DNA of 64,000 bases from a virus (lineage: Duplodnaviria; Caudoviricetes): IMG/VR virus record IMGVR_UViG_3300010167_000013, one strand, 5' to 3'. The translations under genes were made by a program, and so were the position numbers. Of the stretch, positions 27,909 to 38,538 are shown one piece after another. Each line of letters starts with the position of its first letter. Position 1 is the stretch's first letter. The notes below the pieces were generated by a model. That model was not told where the DNA came from, made no database searches, and saw only the letters and a list, made by a program, of their open reading frames with translations.

Positions 27909-30593
27909 TTACCCTTCATACCCTTTTGGAAATTTGATATCAATCAGAGGTCTGTCATTCGGGTTGGTTATTTTCACATCCATTATCTTTTTATAGAGGG
28001 ACAACAGCTGTGTCTTCATTCTTTCTAGATATTCTTTGTTGTGAGGTACTACGTATTTTTTAGACCCAACAGACAGCAATTCGATGTACCAGTCAATGAT
28101 TTCTAATTTACCTAGCAAGTACGAAATCAACATGTGTTTGTCATTAGAATCTCTGATTGATTCTGCTTCAACGCTAATGTATGCAACTAAATCTGTTGGA
28201 ATCTTTTTCAGTCTCTTCATTCCAAACTTCTCATACATCAACTGAGTCTGAACAGATTCTGATTTGTACTGTCGATCTATTTGTTCATCGATGAACGTTC
28301 TCGAGGATTCTAATATCATGTCCTCGTATCCGTTGAAATACAACATCTCTACGGCTTCTGCCAGATGAGATAAACTCTTCATATTATCGCCGGGTTCACA
28401 ACACTCTCTCAAATTCTTGACCATGTCTTTGACATCTTCAATTATCTTTTTCTTTTCCTTCTCAGGAGCTGCATAGTGAGAAGCTATATTTCGAACAAAT
28501 TTATTGACAGTCTGGATATCATCATCACTAATCGAGAAAGTATCTTTGTTATTCATATCAACTTCATCAAACACAAATAGCAAACTCAATGGATATGTGA
28601 CTAAGCCACTCAGCTTACTGTTGGCAACTAGATGTCTCATGTTATGTCCTAACCTCATAACCTCAATCATCAATCTATTGCCAGCTTTTTCAAGCTTCGT
28701 ATCGTAATACTGAACAGCTAATTTGAAGAAATTGTAGGCGTCATTTGGATCTTTCATCGTACGGAATATGTTTGGAGACATCTTGATTCTGATCTCAGAA
28801 TTCTTGTGTATGAAGGACTTGAGAGTTTCTCTTCCATTTATGAAACGAGATACAAAGTCTTGACTCATTGATGGAGATATGAATTCGAAAATCGGAAGTG
28901 ATTTGTCCCCATCTAGCGTAATTTTTAACTTGTTGAATCCACTAGTCCACTTCGGTAATAAGTTCTTGGTTATGATATTGGCATAGATGTTGGCTGTGTA
29001 CTGAGATACTTTCTTTTTCTTATCCTTGGAGAAGTCGGTCATCAGCGACTGGGATAGAGTTTGTAATGTCTTCTTGGCTTGTGTTTCAGACATGTCGGTA
29101 TTATATTCAAGGGTTTCTGAAGATTCGTTAAATATCTTTTTCCCTATTTGTAAAAATTTTTTAGCGGGAAGTATCGCATCGATTTGAATTTCCATATGCT
29201 CTATGTCTATCCCAGACTGTGAAACGTCCGTGAGTGAAAATACCACCTGAGAACTTATGGAATTAATGTTTTTTCGAAATTGAATGTAATCCGATCTATT
29301 TATCAATACATTAGCCACATCAGTATAGATAAAAGCTAGCCCTTCATTGGAAAACAACTGAGCTTTTGATTTATTCTCCGTGGTTTTCACGAGTGTTCCA
29401 AACGTGGCAACCCCTCTATACATATCTTCAACATCTTGAACCAGTCCTTTAGCTGCCAATGGATAGCTCTTATCAAATACATTCCTAATATGTATAGTAG
29501 CCCTATTCTCATATTTTGTTAAATCGAATACAGATGTCCCCAGTATATTTGATACTGTGTTTCTTATGAATTTACTATTGATCTTAGAATCTATCTTGGG
29601 TATTAAATATCCTACAAACTTCCAAACACCGTCTACTATAATGGCATCTATAAACTTAATAAATATAGATTCCATGATAGTAGAGTCAGTCTCCAAAAGC
29701 ATTTCACCGGACTCTTTTAATTCCTTTACTTTGTCATGTGCTGATTCCAAAACTTCCCCACTTTTACCAGATGGAGTTTTAGTTATTCTTTTATCTGGTT
29801 GACTGAACCACCCACAATGTTTACACCATATGGATCCTCCACCATACACCCAGGAGTGTTTACAGTTCATTGCTTCTTCTTTGCTCGCATTGTTCCTAGT
29901 TGGTTCTGGATAATTCCAACTACCTGTGTCGAGATGTTTTTCGTCGAATGCATCAGAAGATTCTGACTCCTTTAATTCCTTTGGCTTCTTCACGTTCTTA
30001 TTCCCCACATTCTCCAGTAGATCCCATACCTGCTTTGCTATTTCATTCGATGGATATGCATCCCATCCTTCAAAGTCTTTGTCCTCTGACTCGTTGTCTA
30101 GTCTGATTTTGTACTCCTTCTGTATTCCAGATTTCATTTCAGCATACACGTCAGAAATGAATTGGTGAAGAAGTTTCTCAATGGAGTTCTTTTGCCCGTT
30201 CTTGAAATGCCCTGTAATTTGTACCATACAATCATATTTTCCATTACCTTTGTCAGTTACTCGAACCATTCCAACATCAGAATTGTTTTTCGGTGGAGTG
30301 CAAAAGATTGCAACATTCTTCATTGCTTCTCTTGAGTCATTGATCTTGTCGTACTTCGGACTCTTGACTAAGGTTTTAACTTTGTCTATTATCGACTTAT
30401 TTACTGACCTTAGAGTTGTCTGAAGATCACTTGGAAGATCCGAGAAAGACCCATCTCGATAGTTTTTCTCATTAAAAACATTTTCTGTTATATCATCCAA
30501 GTAGGCAGATTCAGTCTTCAAGAATCCTTGGGCTTTACTATCATTGATTACATTTCTTGCCGCATTCAAATTGGCCAATACATTTGTCTTCAT
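27909..30593 (-). CDS. Large modular putative internal head protein
   Basis: 894 aa; many hydrophobic-x-E(S) sites; internal domain shared with 35497..38478; near the capsid gene. Confidence 0.65.
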   Translation of the reverse strand: MKTNVLANLNAARNVINDSKAQGFLKTESAYLDDITENVFNEKNYRDGSFSDLPSDLQTTLRSVNKSIIDKVKTLVKSPKYDKINDSREAMKNVAIFCTPPKNNSDVGMVRVTDKGNGKYDCMVQITGHFKNGQKNSIEKLLHQFISDVYAEMKSGIQKEYKIRLDNESEDKDFEGWDAYPSNEIAKQVWDLLENVGNKNVKKPKELKESESSDAFDEKHLDTGSWNYPEPTRNNASKEEAMNCKHSWVYGGGSIWCKHCGWFSQPDKRITKTPSGKSGEVLESAHDKVKELKESGEMLLETDSTIMESIFIKFIDAIIVDGVWKFVGYLIPKIDSKINSKFIRNTVSNILGTSVFDLTKYENRATIHIRNVFDKSYPLAAKGLVQDVEDMYRGVATFGTLVKTTENKSKAQLFSNEGLAFIYTDVANVLINRSDYIQFRKNINSISSQVVFSLTDVSQSGIDIEHMEIQIDAILPAKKFLQIGKKIFNESSETLEYNTDMSETQAKKTLQTLSQSLMTDFSKDKKKKVSQYTANIYANIITKNLLPKWTSGFNKLKITLDGDKSLPIFEFISPSMSQDFVSRFINGRETLKSFIHKNSEIRIKMSPNIFRTMKDPNDAYNFFKLAVQYYDTKLEKAGNRLMIEVMRLGHNMRHLVANSKLSGLVTYPLSLLFVFDEVDMNNKDTFSISDDDIQTVNKFVRNIASHYAAPEKEKKKIIEDVKDMVKNLRECCEPGDNMKSLSHLAEAVEMLYFNGYEDMILESSRTFIDEQIDRQYKSESVQTQLMYEKFGMKRLKKIPTDLVAYISVEAESIRDSNDKHMLISYLLGKLEIIDWYIELLSVGSKKYVVPHNKEYLERMKTQLLSLYKKIMDVKITNPNDRPLIDIKFPKGYEG

Positions 30594-31648
30594 AGTGTTG
30601 AACTCACCTCCTGCATCCCTTGAATATTTTTGAAGCTATTCAAAATTTTTTCAGCATCATCGATCTTTGATAGAGAGGAATTCTTATATTGCATGTCACT
30701 AATATTCTTGGAGAGTTTCCTTAGGATCCCAATGTTATATTCAATCTTTTTTATATAACCACTATAGCTACTGACAGGACGATGTGATATTATATCTCCT
30801 ATTCCAGGACTATTATTGATAGTATATTTATCATAATTAGTTACTGGTAATTGGCCCCTAGTATAACCTCTGACCTTGGGAGTAAACTGAAATTGGCTAA
30901 AGTTGGACATATTCCAGAAAAGTTTGGTAGTTTTATATTTATTCGCACCCTGTCTATCGTTATCGTCTTTACTGATGTGGTATTCTTCCCAAGTCCCTTT
31001 TTTCAATTGTTTTGCCTCATCAATAAATGCACTCTTAAAAGTATCAGATTGGATCAGTTTTTCTACCGAATTGTTCTGCATGAGTCTAGGTTGAGATTTT
31101 ATCAAAGTACTAACAACTTGCATTAACAGTTCTCGACCTTTGCCAAATACTGGAACTAATCGAACTGATGATATTTGTTTTCCGTCTTTGTGAAATATTG
31201 ATAATACCTTCAATGATTTACTTAGATGATCTATGTGACCATATCTCTTTATCGTTTTCTTGACCTCCGATAATGCATCAGAGTGCATTTTGTTGATGTC
31301 ATCCTTTGTTTTATTTGGGAAAACCGCTGACGTCATCGCCTTGTCTCCAACTACTGTGATATCACTTGGGAGAAGTTCAAATTGAATAGCTACTCTGTCT
31401 CCAGTATCAATATCAAATCCTATCCGATATGCATACTTTAGATCTTTATGAGACTTTTCAAATAACACCGAATAAAAATTTTCTAATTGTTCAATGCTCT
31501 CTACTACTCCGCGAGAAGTAAATAGTGAACTAGGGTCTTCAATGTCTGGTTTATATTCTTCATATGATAATACCATTTCTTCCAAATAATCTAGAACATC
31601 GGAATCAAGTCTAGCATCCGAACATATTTTATTTATCTCATCATTCAT
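30590..31648 (-). CDS. Putative head protein, stand-alone copy of repeated domain X
   Basis: Acidic leader then LKYAYRIGFD...GHIDH...YHISKDDND.QG...TKLFWN, shared with 47359 and 49663 ORFs. Confidence 0.7.
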   Translation of the reverse strand: MNDEINKICSDARLDSDVLDYLEEMVLSYEEYKPDIEDPSSLFTSRGVVESIEQLENFYSVLFEKSHKDLKYAYRIGFDIDTGDRVAIQFELLPSDITVVGDKAMTSAVFPNKTKDDINKMHSDALSEVKKTIKRYGHIDHLSKSLKVLSIFHKDGKQISSVRLVPVFGKGRELLMQVVSTLIKSQPRLMQNNSVEKLIQSDTFKSAFIDEAKQLKKGTWEEYHISKDDNDRQGANKYKTTKLFWNMSNFSQFQFTPKVRGYTRGQLPVTNYDKYTINNSPGIGDIISHRPVSSYSGYIKKIEYNIGILRKLSKNISDMQYKNSSLSKIDDAEKILNSFKNIQGMQEVSSTL

Positions 31649-31686
31649 ATATTAACCCCTTTATATAAAAAATAAAGGGATTATTA

Positions 31687-32100
31687 TTACAATCCCTCTG
31701 TCTGAAGAGCGTATTCTAATTCCTGTTTAGATATCTCACGTATCCAATACGAACTTAATAGTTCATAGTTTTCCGTAAGGAATGCTACGATCTTGTCCCA
31801 GTGATCCCGGATACCGAAGAATTCTAAGTCACTCTCAAACCTGTGAGATGGGCATGCGAATGACACTTCTCCATTGACGATATGTACTAGCATACCTGAA
31901 TATCGTCCCATGGTGAGTTCTGGGCCAGATATTCTGAATGGAAATCCAATTGTTCCATCTATGGATATAGGTCTATCGGAATTATCTATCCATACATGTA
32001 CATATGGGGGTAACTGTGCACCTCTGATATACATCTTATTTGTAGATAACTCCAGCAGGTGCTCTAGTGGAACCCATTGGGAAATATGATCTTTTACCAT
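31687..32100 (-). CDS. Hypothetical early protein
   Basis: AAGGAG SD and early motif upstream. Confidence 0.6.
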   Translation of the reverse strand: MVKDHISQWVPLEHLLELSTNKMYIRGAQLPPYVHVWIDNSDRPISIDGTIGFPFRISGPELTMGRYSGMLVHIVNGEVSFACPSHRFESDLEFFGIRDHWDKIVAFLTENYELLSSYWIREISKQELEYALQTEGL

Positions 32101-32129
32101 TTCGAATCATCTCCTTATTTATATTCAGC

Positions 32130-32144
32130 TTATAATATATAATT
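32130..32144 (-). promoter_or_regulatory. Putative early phage promoter AATTATATATTATAA
   Basis: Recurring motif upstream of 32100. Confidence 0.6.
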
Positions 32145-32260
32145 AGAAAATGATCATATACGCTATATTTCAAACTCTCAATTACATATTTTTGATTCCT
32201 TCTCACATTGGGAATTAATCCATGTTAACATTATATCGAGGTTGACGATAGACGAAAGAA

Positions 32261-32292
32261 TATAGTAGCAGGGACTAGTCCCTGCTACTATA
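32261..32292 (-). terminator. Palindromic hairpin downstream of the capsid gene
   Basis: TATAGTAGCAGGGACTAGTCCCTGCTACTATA, flanked by an extra ATATCGAG/CTCGATAT pairing. Confidence 0.7.
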
Positions 32293-32344
32293 CTCGATAT
32301 TATTGGGAGGGATAAAATATGGTGATGGCCGAATTTATCATCTA

Positions 32345-34213
32345 TTACGGAGTTGGGAATGCGGCCAACGGTGCCCACGGAGCTCCTGTAATCGGAGGAC
32401 GTACTGGAGCGGGACCATAGACGCGTTCGCTGTTGAGCATAATCAAGCGACCCTGGATTCCTTGAACAGCTAAGGTATGGAACCTCGAGGTAGCAGTGAC
32501 TATGTTGTACGCACCACCAGGAGCATTCGTACTCTGGTAAGCAGTCTGGCTCTGGGAAGTGAACAGGTGCGAAGTGTACTTCAAGTGACGGAAGGAAATA
32601 TGTTCTGGGGTTGTCGGATATCCGTACAGGTGAAGTATGAGTTCCCTAGCAGGAGGAGTTACTCCATCAGGATTAGTAATCGGATCAACAGTATATGCAT
32701 CATACAGATTGGTAGCTACTACACGAACATTAGCTCCCATATCAGTAGCAAAACCATAGCTGTTATTTACAGTGATACCACCAATGGTTGCACCTTGTTG
32801 GGTCTTCCACTGAACGAATTCAGTTATCAGCTGACACGCCATCGGGTTGCCGACGATGATGAAGCTGAGGTTATCCATCTTCAAGCTCTCAGTGATCTGA
32901 TGGATTAACGCCTTGAGGCGGAACTGAATGGCCGTCGAGATATACTTGAACGGATCGCCAGCAAAGTACGACGGAGGACTAAGGTCAACTTGGAATGCCA
33001 TTGCAAGAGATTCCAATTTGTAGATATCAGTAGTAACACCGTGGTACATCTCGAATTGGTTATTGAGGAATTTGATAACAGTCATGCACTCTTGCATTTC
33101 CTGAGTCTTGACAATTTCATCAACCATCCGGTTGTAGTAATTGATGTCAAGCAACGCAGCGGCATCTTCGATTTCTTCAATCGAGAAAGGCATGTTCCAA
33201 CGCGGTCCATCCTCGATCGTGAAACGGAGAATGTCTCTCTTCTCACGGACACTAATGTGACGAAGGTTTTTCTCATTGGAAAGATACCCAGAGAATACAA
33301 CACCTTCTACCTGTCCACTAGACGAAGACATATCGATAGTACCGTTTTTGAAATCAACTTTACCACTCAGGGTATCTTCTACATCGGTGCCACCCTCACT
33401 GGTAAACTTGAGATCTCCATTGATAAGAGTTCCACCAGTCGAGAATTCAACCGTAATACCATTGCCCTTGAGACGAATTACTTCAGTACCAACTTGAACA
33501 CCAATTATCTTGAACTGGAAGCTGAGTTGATCAAGACCAGGGGTACCATCAGTAAGACTGCTGATTATATCATACTTCCAGAGTTTCCCAGCAACAAACG
33601 GTACAACCTCTTCGCGAATCGGATGACCTTTTGATGCATTCCACATTTCTTCCCAAGTACCATCGAACATACATTTCGGATACTCTAACTCTTCACCAGT
33701 CTCATTGTTAACCATGTAGGTTGTGCGAATATGCTTGGTGATGTTCGGAGTTTTTACCGTTTCTACTTCGATGATGTCCTTGAGGATGGACTGGAAGAAC
33801 TGCTTCAAGAGAACCGGGAATTCAAGAGTTGCAATCGGTAAGAACCCAGTCATACTGGCAGACTCACTATAGTTCCTGACCTTCGTATCCCAGAATTTCT
33901 GCACGTTCTCGATGATGCTTTCGATGTGAGGATCATTCGGAGACATTGCCCTAAAGCCTTCAAACACTGGCTCCATGAGAGCCGTCTTGTACTCCTCCAT
34001 GAATGAACGATCAGCCATCATTCCACGCATGTCGGTCTTGATGTCGATAGAGTTGTTCTCCTTGTAGTGCTCGTAAAGATCGTTGAAGTGCTCGTCAAGA
34101 GTTTTTACACCCTCTTGCTGAAAAGCTCCGAAGGAACTAGCAGGAGCTACATACCCACTATTTTTTCTCTCAGCAGCAGATTCATAGAACCAGCCCACTT
34201 TGTTTTTGCTCAT
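32345..34213 (-). CDS. Major capsid protein
   Basis: 622 aa; higher-GC, high-expression codon bias; acidic propeptide ending near YSES; own late promoter motif; resembles jumbo-phage capsid proteins. Confidence 0.75.
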   Translation of the reverse strand: MSKNKVGWFYESAAERKNSGYVAPASSFGAFQQEGVKTLDEHFNDLYEHYKENNSIDIKTDMRGMMADRSFMEEYKTALMEPVFEGFRAMSPNDPHIESIIENVQKFWDTKVRNYSESASMTGFLPIATLEFPVLLKQFFQSILKDIIEVETVKTPNITKHIRTTYMVNNETGEELEYPKCMFDGTWEEMWNASKGHPIREEVVPFVAGKLWKYDIISSLTDGTPGLDQLSFQFKIIGVQVGTEVIRLKGNGITVEFSTGGTLINGDLKFTSEGGTDVEDTLSGKVDFKNGTIDMSSSSGQVEGVVFSGYLSNEKNLRHISVREKRDILRFTIEDGPRWNMPFSIEEIEDAAALLDINYYNRMVDEIVKTQEMQECMTVIKFLNNQFEMYHGVTTDIYKLESLAMAFQVDLSPPSYFAGDPFKYISTAIQFRLKALIHQITESLKMDNLSFIIVGNPMACQLITEFVQWKTQQGATIGGITVNNSYGFATDMGANVRVVATNLYDAYTVDPITNPDGVTPPARELILHLYGYPTTPEHISFRHLKYTSHLFTSQSQTAYQSTNAPGGAYNIVTATSRFHTLAVQGIQGRLIMLNSERVYGPAPVRPPITGAPWAPLAAFPTP

Positions 34214-34266
34214 AATTAATATTCTCCTTTACCATAAATTTTAATACGGCATTTGCCGAGGTGATT

Positions 34267-34278
34267 TAATTGATTGTT
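34267..34278 (-). promoter_or_regulatory. Putative late promoter AACA-N6-TA
   Basis: Minus strand AACA ATCAAT TA upstream of the capsid gene. Confidence 0.55.
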
Positions 34279-34892
34279 TACTCCATCGCCTTCATCCCTT
34301 TTTGAATATTTTTTCCAAAGATGTCATTGAGCAATTTGAGTAAATTAAGACACTTATTAAAGAACAGTAGGTTTTTGCTGTAGTTCTCGTTCAAAAAATA
34401 ATTAGCTAGATATGCACGAATGTTTTCATCTAGCTTCTTCAATGACGAAACTATATCCAGTGAATCATTGGATATTGTGAATAATACATCATTGTTATTT
34501 TTTATCATCGAGAGTTGATTTCCTACGCTATTTAATAATGATAGAAATCGTTGATACAGATTCTGATTCATGATAGCTGATATCTTTTCATCAAGTCCCA
34601 AATCTTCAGGAACTTCTTCCTCAGATCCGATATCTCCGAACCCTTCTTCATCTCCAAAATCTTCTCCTAATTCAGGAGGATCTGACCCAGACATATCACC
34701 CCCTGGATCTCCTCCACTTGCTGCTGGTAAATCAGGAGGATCTCCACCACCGGTATCAGGAGGTGCATCTGAAGTAGGTTCTTCGGCGGGAATATCCGGA
34801 GGAGGATCTCCAGGAGCTTCATATATGACTCGTTCAAATAGACTAAGTTCTCTTTCCATGTTTCCTTCACCCACCTCCCTTTTCAAAGACAC
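34278..34892 (-). CDS. Acidic, Pro/Gly-rich putative head/scaffold protein
   Basis: IYEA then disordered acidic region and helical C-terminus; directly upstream of the capsid gene. Confidence 0.65.
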   Translation of the reverse strand: MSLKREVGEGNMERELSLFERVIYEAPGDPPPDIPAEEPTSDAPPDTGGGDPPDLPAASGGDPGGDMSGSDPPELGEDFGDEEGFGDIGSEEEVPEDLGLDEKISAIMNQNLYQRFLSLLNSVGNQLSMIKNNNDVLFTISNDSLDIVSSLKKLDENIRAYLANYFLNENYSKNLLFFNKCLNLLKLLNDIFGKNIQKGMKAME

Positions 34893-37800
34893 TATAGTAT
34901 CTTAGCCATCTCTTTAGTCCCGCCTACTCTAATAAGTTTCTTATTTAATTCGTTCTTGAAGCGCATCAGTTGATATTTGGCTTTGTTGTCTCCCTTGGAA
35001 TTAGCATCTCTGATCTTCTCATCGATGATTTCAAGTTCGGCTTTCAACTCACCTATCATCTCATTACGAAGTCTAAATTCATTTCTGTTCTTCCCGATCT
35101 TCCTAGTTATGGATAGAAATAGGAACACTGGGTTCAGAAGTATACCAGCCTTGAATAGTGATCCTCCAATGATAGATGCTTTCACAGCTTTGAATATATT
35201 ACTTCTAGCATGAGGATCAGCCATCTTTTCTTTGATATTATTTTCATCAGCGTCTTTCCACTGATTGATCATGTTGGTTACCCATTGAGAAGTTCTTTTC
35301 AATGGTTTTACAAATGCTTTGCCAACATTCACTGTATCTTGAACCTTTTTCTTGGCTGCCTGTTGACCTTTGTTGAGGGCCCTATCAATGTCCATCATGG
35401 TATCTCGGATTGGGTGATCTGACTCTGGTTTATCTTTGTCAGCATCTCCAACAGCTTCAGCTATCCCTTTGGGATGATGTTCAATACGTACATCCCCTAT
35501 CCCTTCTGGAATGTACTCAACTGAAAAAAACTTTCTAGTTCCCAAGGAGCTGATTCAGTTAGCTCGTTTTCTACCTTATTCAGTACTTGAACAGCAGATC
35601 TGTAGGCACTACTCATTGTTCTTACAATTATATCAAGTAGTCCTGAAATAGCTTTACCAGCGAGGACTAATGTGTTGAGATTTCTTTCACCGGAGAATCT
35701 GTCTCTGAGAATTTTACTCCTCATCATACTAACTAGCATCCTCAATTCCGTGATACTAGTTTGTGAGGAGAACCCAATATCTCTGCTCAATATAAGCTTC
35801 ACTCCAAAGGCCTCTAATAGATGTCCTTCGGAAAATGTTGCTGACATTTTATCTACATCGTCCTTGCCATGCATTCGTTCTAGTTCACCAAATCCACCAG
35901 AAGAAGATATACGGAATGCTGGACTAGCGTATGTCTGTGCTGCTCCGAACCATATTGCAATCTTTCTTCCAGGACCTGTATTGGATAAACTTTGATAGTA
36001 GCTACCATCGTGTTCAGGAATTCTGGAAGTGTTCAAGTACTCAGCAATATCCCTGATGGCAACATCTACCCCCTTCGTGTTAGGGGCTTCTAATTTCATA
36101 ATAATCAACTTATCGTTATTTATTTTAAGTCTTTCCTTGATCTTTTCAGATGCATTGAACTTTTTCTCAAGTTCATTAAATGCCGCAATTGTTTTTGGGA
36201 ATACCTTATCCAGAATATTTAGAATAAAATCCCATATTCTTCTCAAGACCTCTTTGGCTTTATCCAAAAACGATGGACTAGACTCGATGGATTTTCTATT
36301 CAATCCAGGAAATGGTACCGCTAGAGAATCTTCTGTAAAAAGATCAACTGCGCTCAAATAGTCTTGATAGATGGACTCATACAGACCAAATGGCTCTGAT
36401 AGTGGAAGTTCCATGATGCTCTCTAGCTCGAATGAAACTGATTCGGTTTTAGCATCACTGAAGTTATCTAGGAGGAATTTTTTAGCGGGGAGTATCATCA
36501 CTAGATCGACAGCACAGTATTCACAAGATTTAGCTTCTTTCGATAGTGCTGCCCAAGCCTTCTCATATTCTTCTTCTGGCTTATCTTTGTACTCTTCCAT
36601 CTGTAACTCTGGATGAGATGATATGACTCCTGCATCATGCAAGTATGTCCAAGCCCCACCACTATCATCACCTGGAAGATCCAATTCGGTAACAGAGAAT
36701 TTTATATCAGAAGATAATCTATTGAGTTTGTCAACATATGCTTTCACAGATGTTTTCTTGATGACTCCGGTAACAACGTCATTGGCAGCAAATGCTAGAT
36801 TGTCTTCTGAAAAGGTAACCTTACTAGCATCCTTCTTGTTTGACAATGATCCCCAACAAGCATCTATCTTGTTGATCTTGGACTTAGTTTTCTCAGGTTT
36901 GTAGAAACCGCCCAAGATGGTACGTTTATTTTTATCACAGAGATCTTGGAATTCTTTATTTGCAGCTGAAATATATTTCTGATGATTATTCCCAGCACCT
37001 TTACCAAGTATAGATGAAATAGTTTTCCCGATAGCCTTGTTATCTTTGCTTTTCGAGATACCTAATGCTGTGACACTAATTCCCCCGAGTATGATTGGGA
37101 ATAGAACAATACCCAAGATTGCTCCTAATACTACAGAACCCTCACTAAACTCCTCATCACATTCCTGGTTGATGTCGTCACTATTGATTCTCTTCCCAAT
37201 AGAATGATCATCAACTGATTTGGAATTATCAACGCTCTTCTTGTTGGTATTGTGAGAGTTAGTAACGTTGTTGGAATTGGTGTATGTGTAGTAATAATAG
37301 TTATTGATTGCTTGCTGCTTTTCTTCAGGAGTTGTAGCACTCTTGATGTCGTCCTTCAATTCTTCTACTGTAGTATCAGTAGCGACAGTAGATGGACGTT
37401 TGAAATCGTCCAAGCTTGGTTCTGGTTCATCATCAGAGGTTGATTTGCTTTTCCCATCATCTTCACCGTAACCAAGACTGTGATTCTTTTTGATGTAACC
37501 TGGCATCTGGCCAGAAGTTTTATTCGTGGTAGTATTCCGTGCAGCCCATTGTTCCTTCAGCATAGGACTGACGGGTTTCTGTGATGGTAACATCGGAAGT
37601 ACATTGTCAGTAGTATCTTCTACCAGACCTTCGAATTCTTCGTAGAGGGAATATATTTGTTTTTGTACATCCATGATCTCATCTGTATTCTCAAGACATG
37701 TCATCATGTACTCCTTGAATGAAATGAGGTTTTCCATGGACACAACTTCTTCTGGAGAATACTCAATCATGATGTCATTATTTCCAGTTAATACCGATTC

Positions 37801-38478
37801 CCTGAAGAGTAGATGTTTCCTGGATTTTATTACATCATATATTCCATCCAACGATTTCTCTGATATGGCTTGATGATCTTCCTTGTACTCAATATCTTTC
37901 ATGCACTCAAGTATCCATTGATACGTGATAGCATCCAGTTTACTATTTTCAAATATAGTCAATAGTTGGTCAACGGTATCGTTCTTGACAGATTCTATGA
38001 TTGCATCTGGAATGACAACATTTCCAAATCGACGATACTGTTTGTCAAGAGTTTTTATCAGGGGAACATCTCTCTCATAGTAATGGTTCACATATCCTAG
38101 CTCTAGATTGTCCTCGAATGCTTCAAACATGATGAAGTTATATTTGTATTTATTCTTGAATGACTCCATTCGCCTGGTAGCTTCCAGGTATGGAGTGTTA
38201 TCCTTTGCCTGTTGCCCACATTTCTTGATGGCTGATTCGAGATACTTCATCACCACACCATAGCTTGCTAGTGATAAACCATACTTCTCAATGAACGTAT
38301 CCAGTGTGTTCAAAGTGCTAGTAGATGAAATTATATATTCTAAGTTTAGCAGATACTCGTTTGGTTTATTCATGAGAAGGTCATCGACAGCTTCCAGATA
38401 CTTTTCTATATCCACCGGTCTACCACTGGATCTAGCCGCATGATACAACGTCTTGATATCTTCCATAATGTATCTCAA
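34892..38478 (-). CDS. Large modular putative head protein, apparently one gene split by a -1 frameshift at T7 (ORFs 35497..38478 and 34892..35545)
   Basis: Overlapping ORFs meet at AGT TTT TTT CAG (+ strand A7 at 35524-35530); the downstream ORF has only a TTG start without a clear SD. Confidence 0.6.
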
Positions 38479-38538
38479 CCTCTTTTCTAATCGTGATATT
38501 GTTATAAATTTATAAATTGGTGCGGGAGGACTCTGTCT

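Noticed and set aside
32145-32340. Independent structured ncRNA downstream of the capsid gene
   Set aside because: Only a palindromic hairpin with one short extra pairing; adequately explained as a 3' UTR terminator.
32477-33634. Antisense ORFs over the capsid gene and many other short opposite-strand ORFs in the track
   Set aside because: Shadows of codon bias in real genes; no SD or recognisable motifs.
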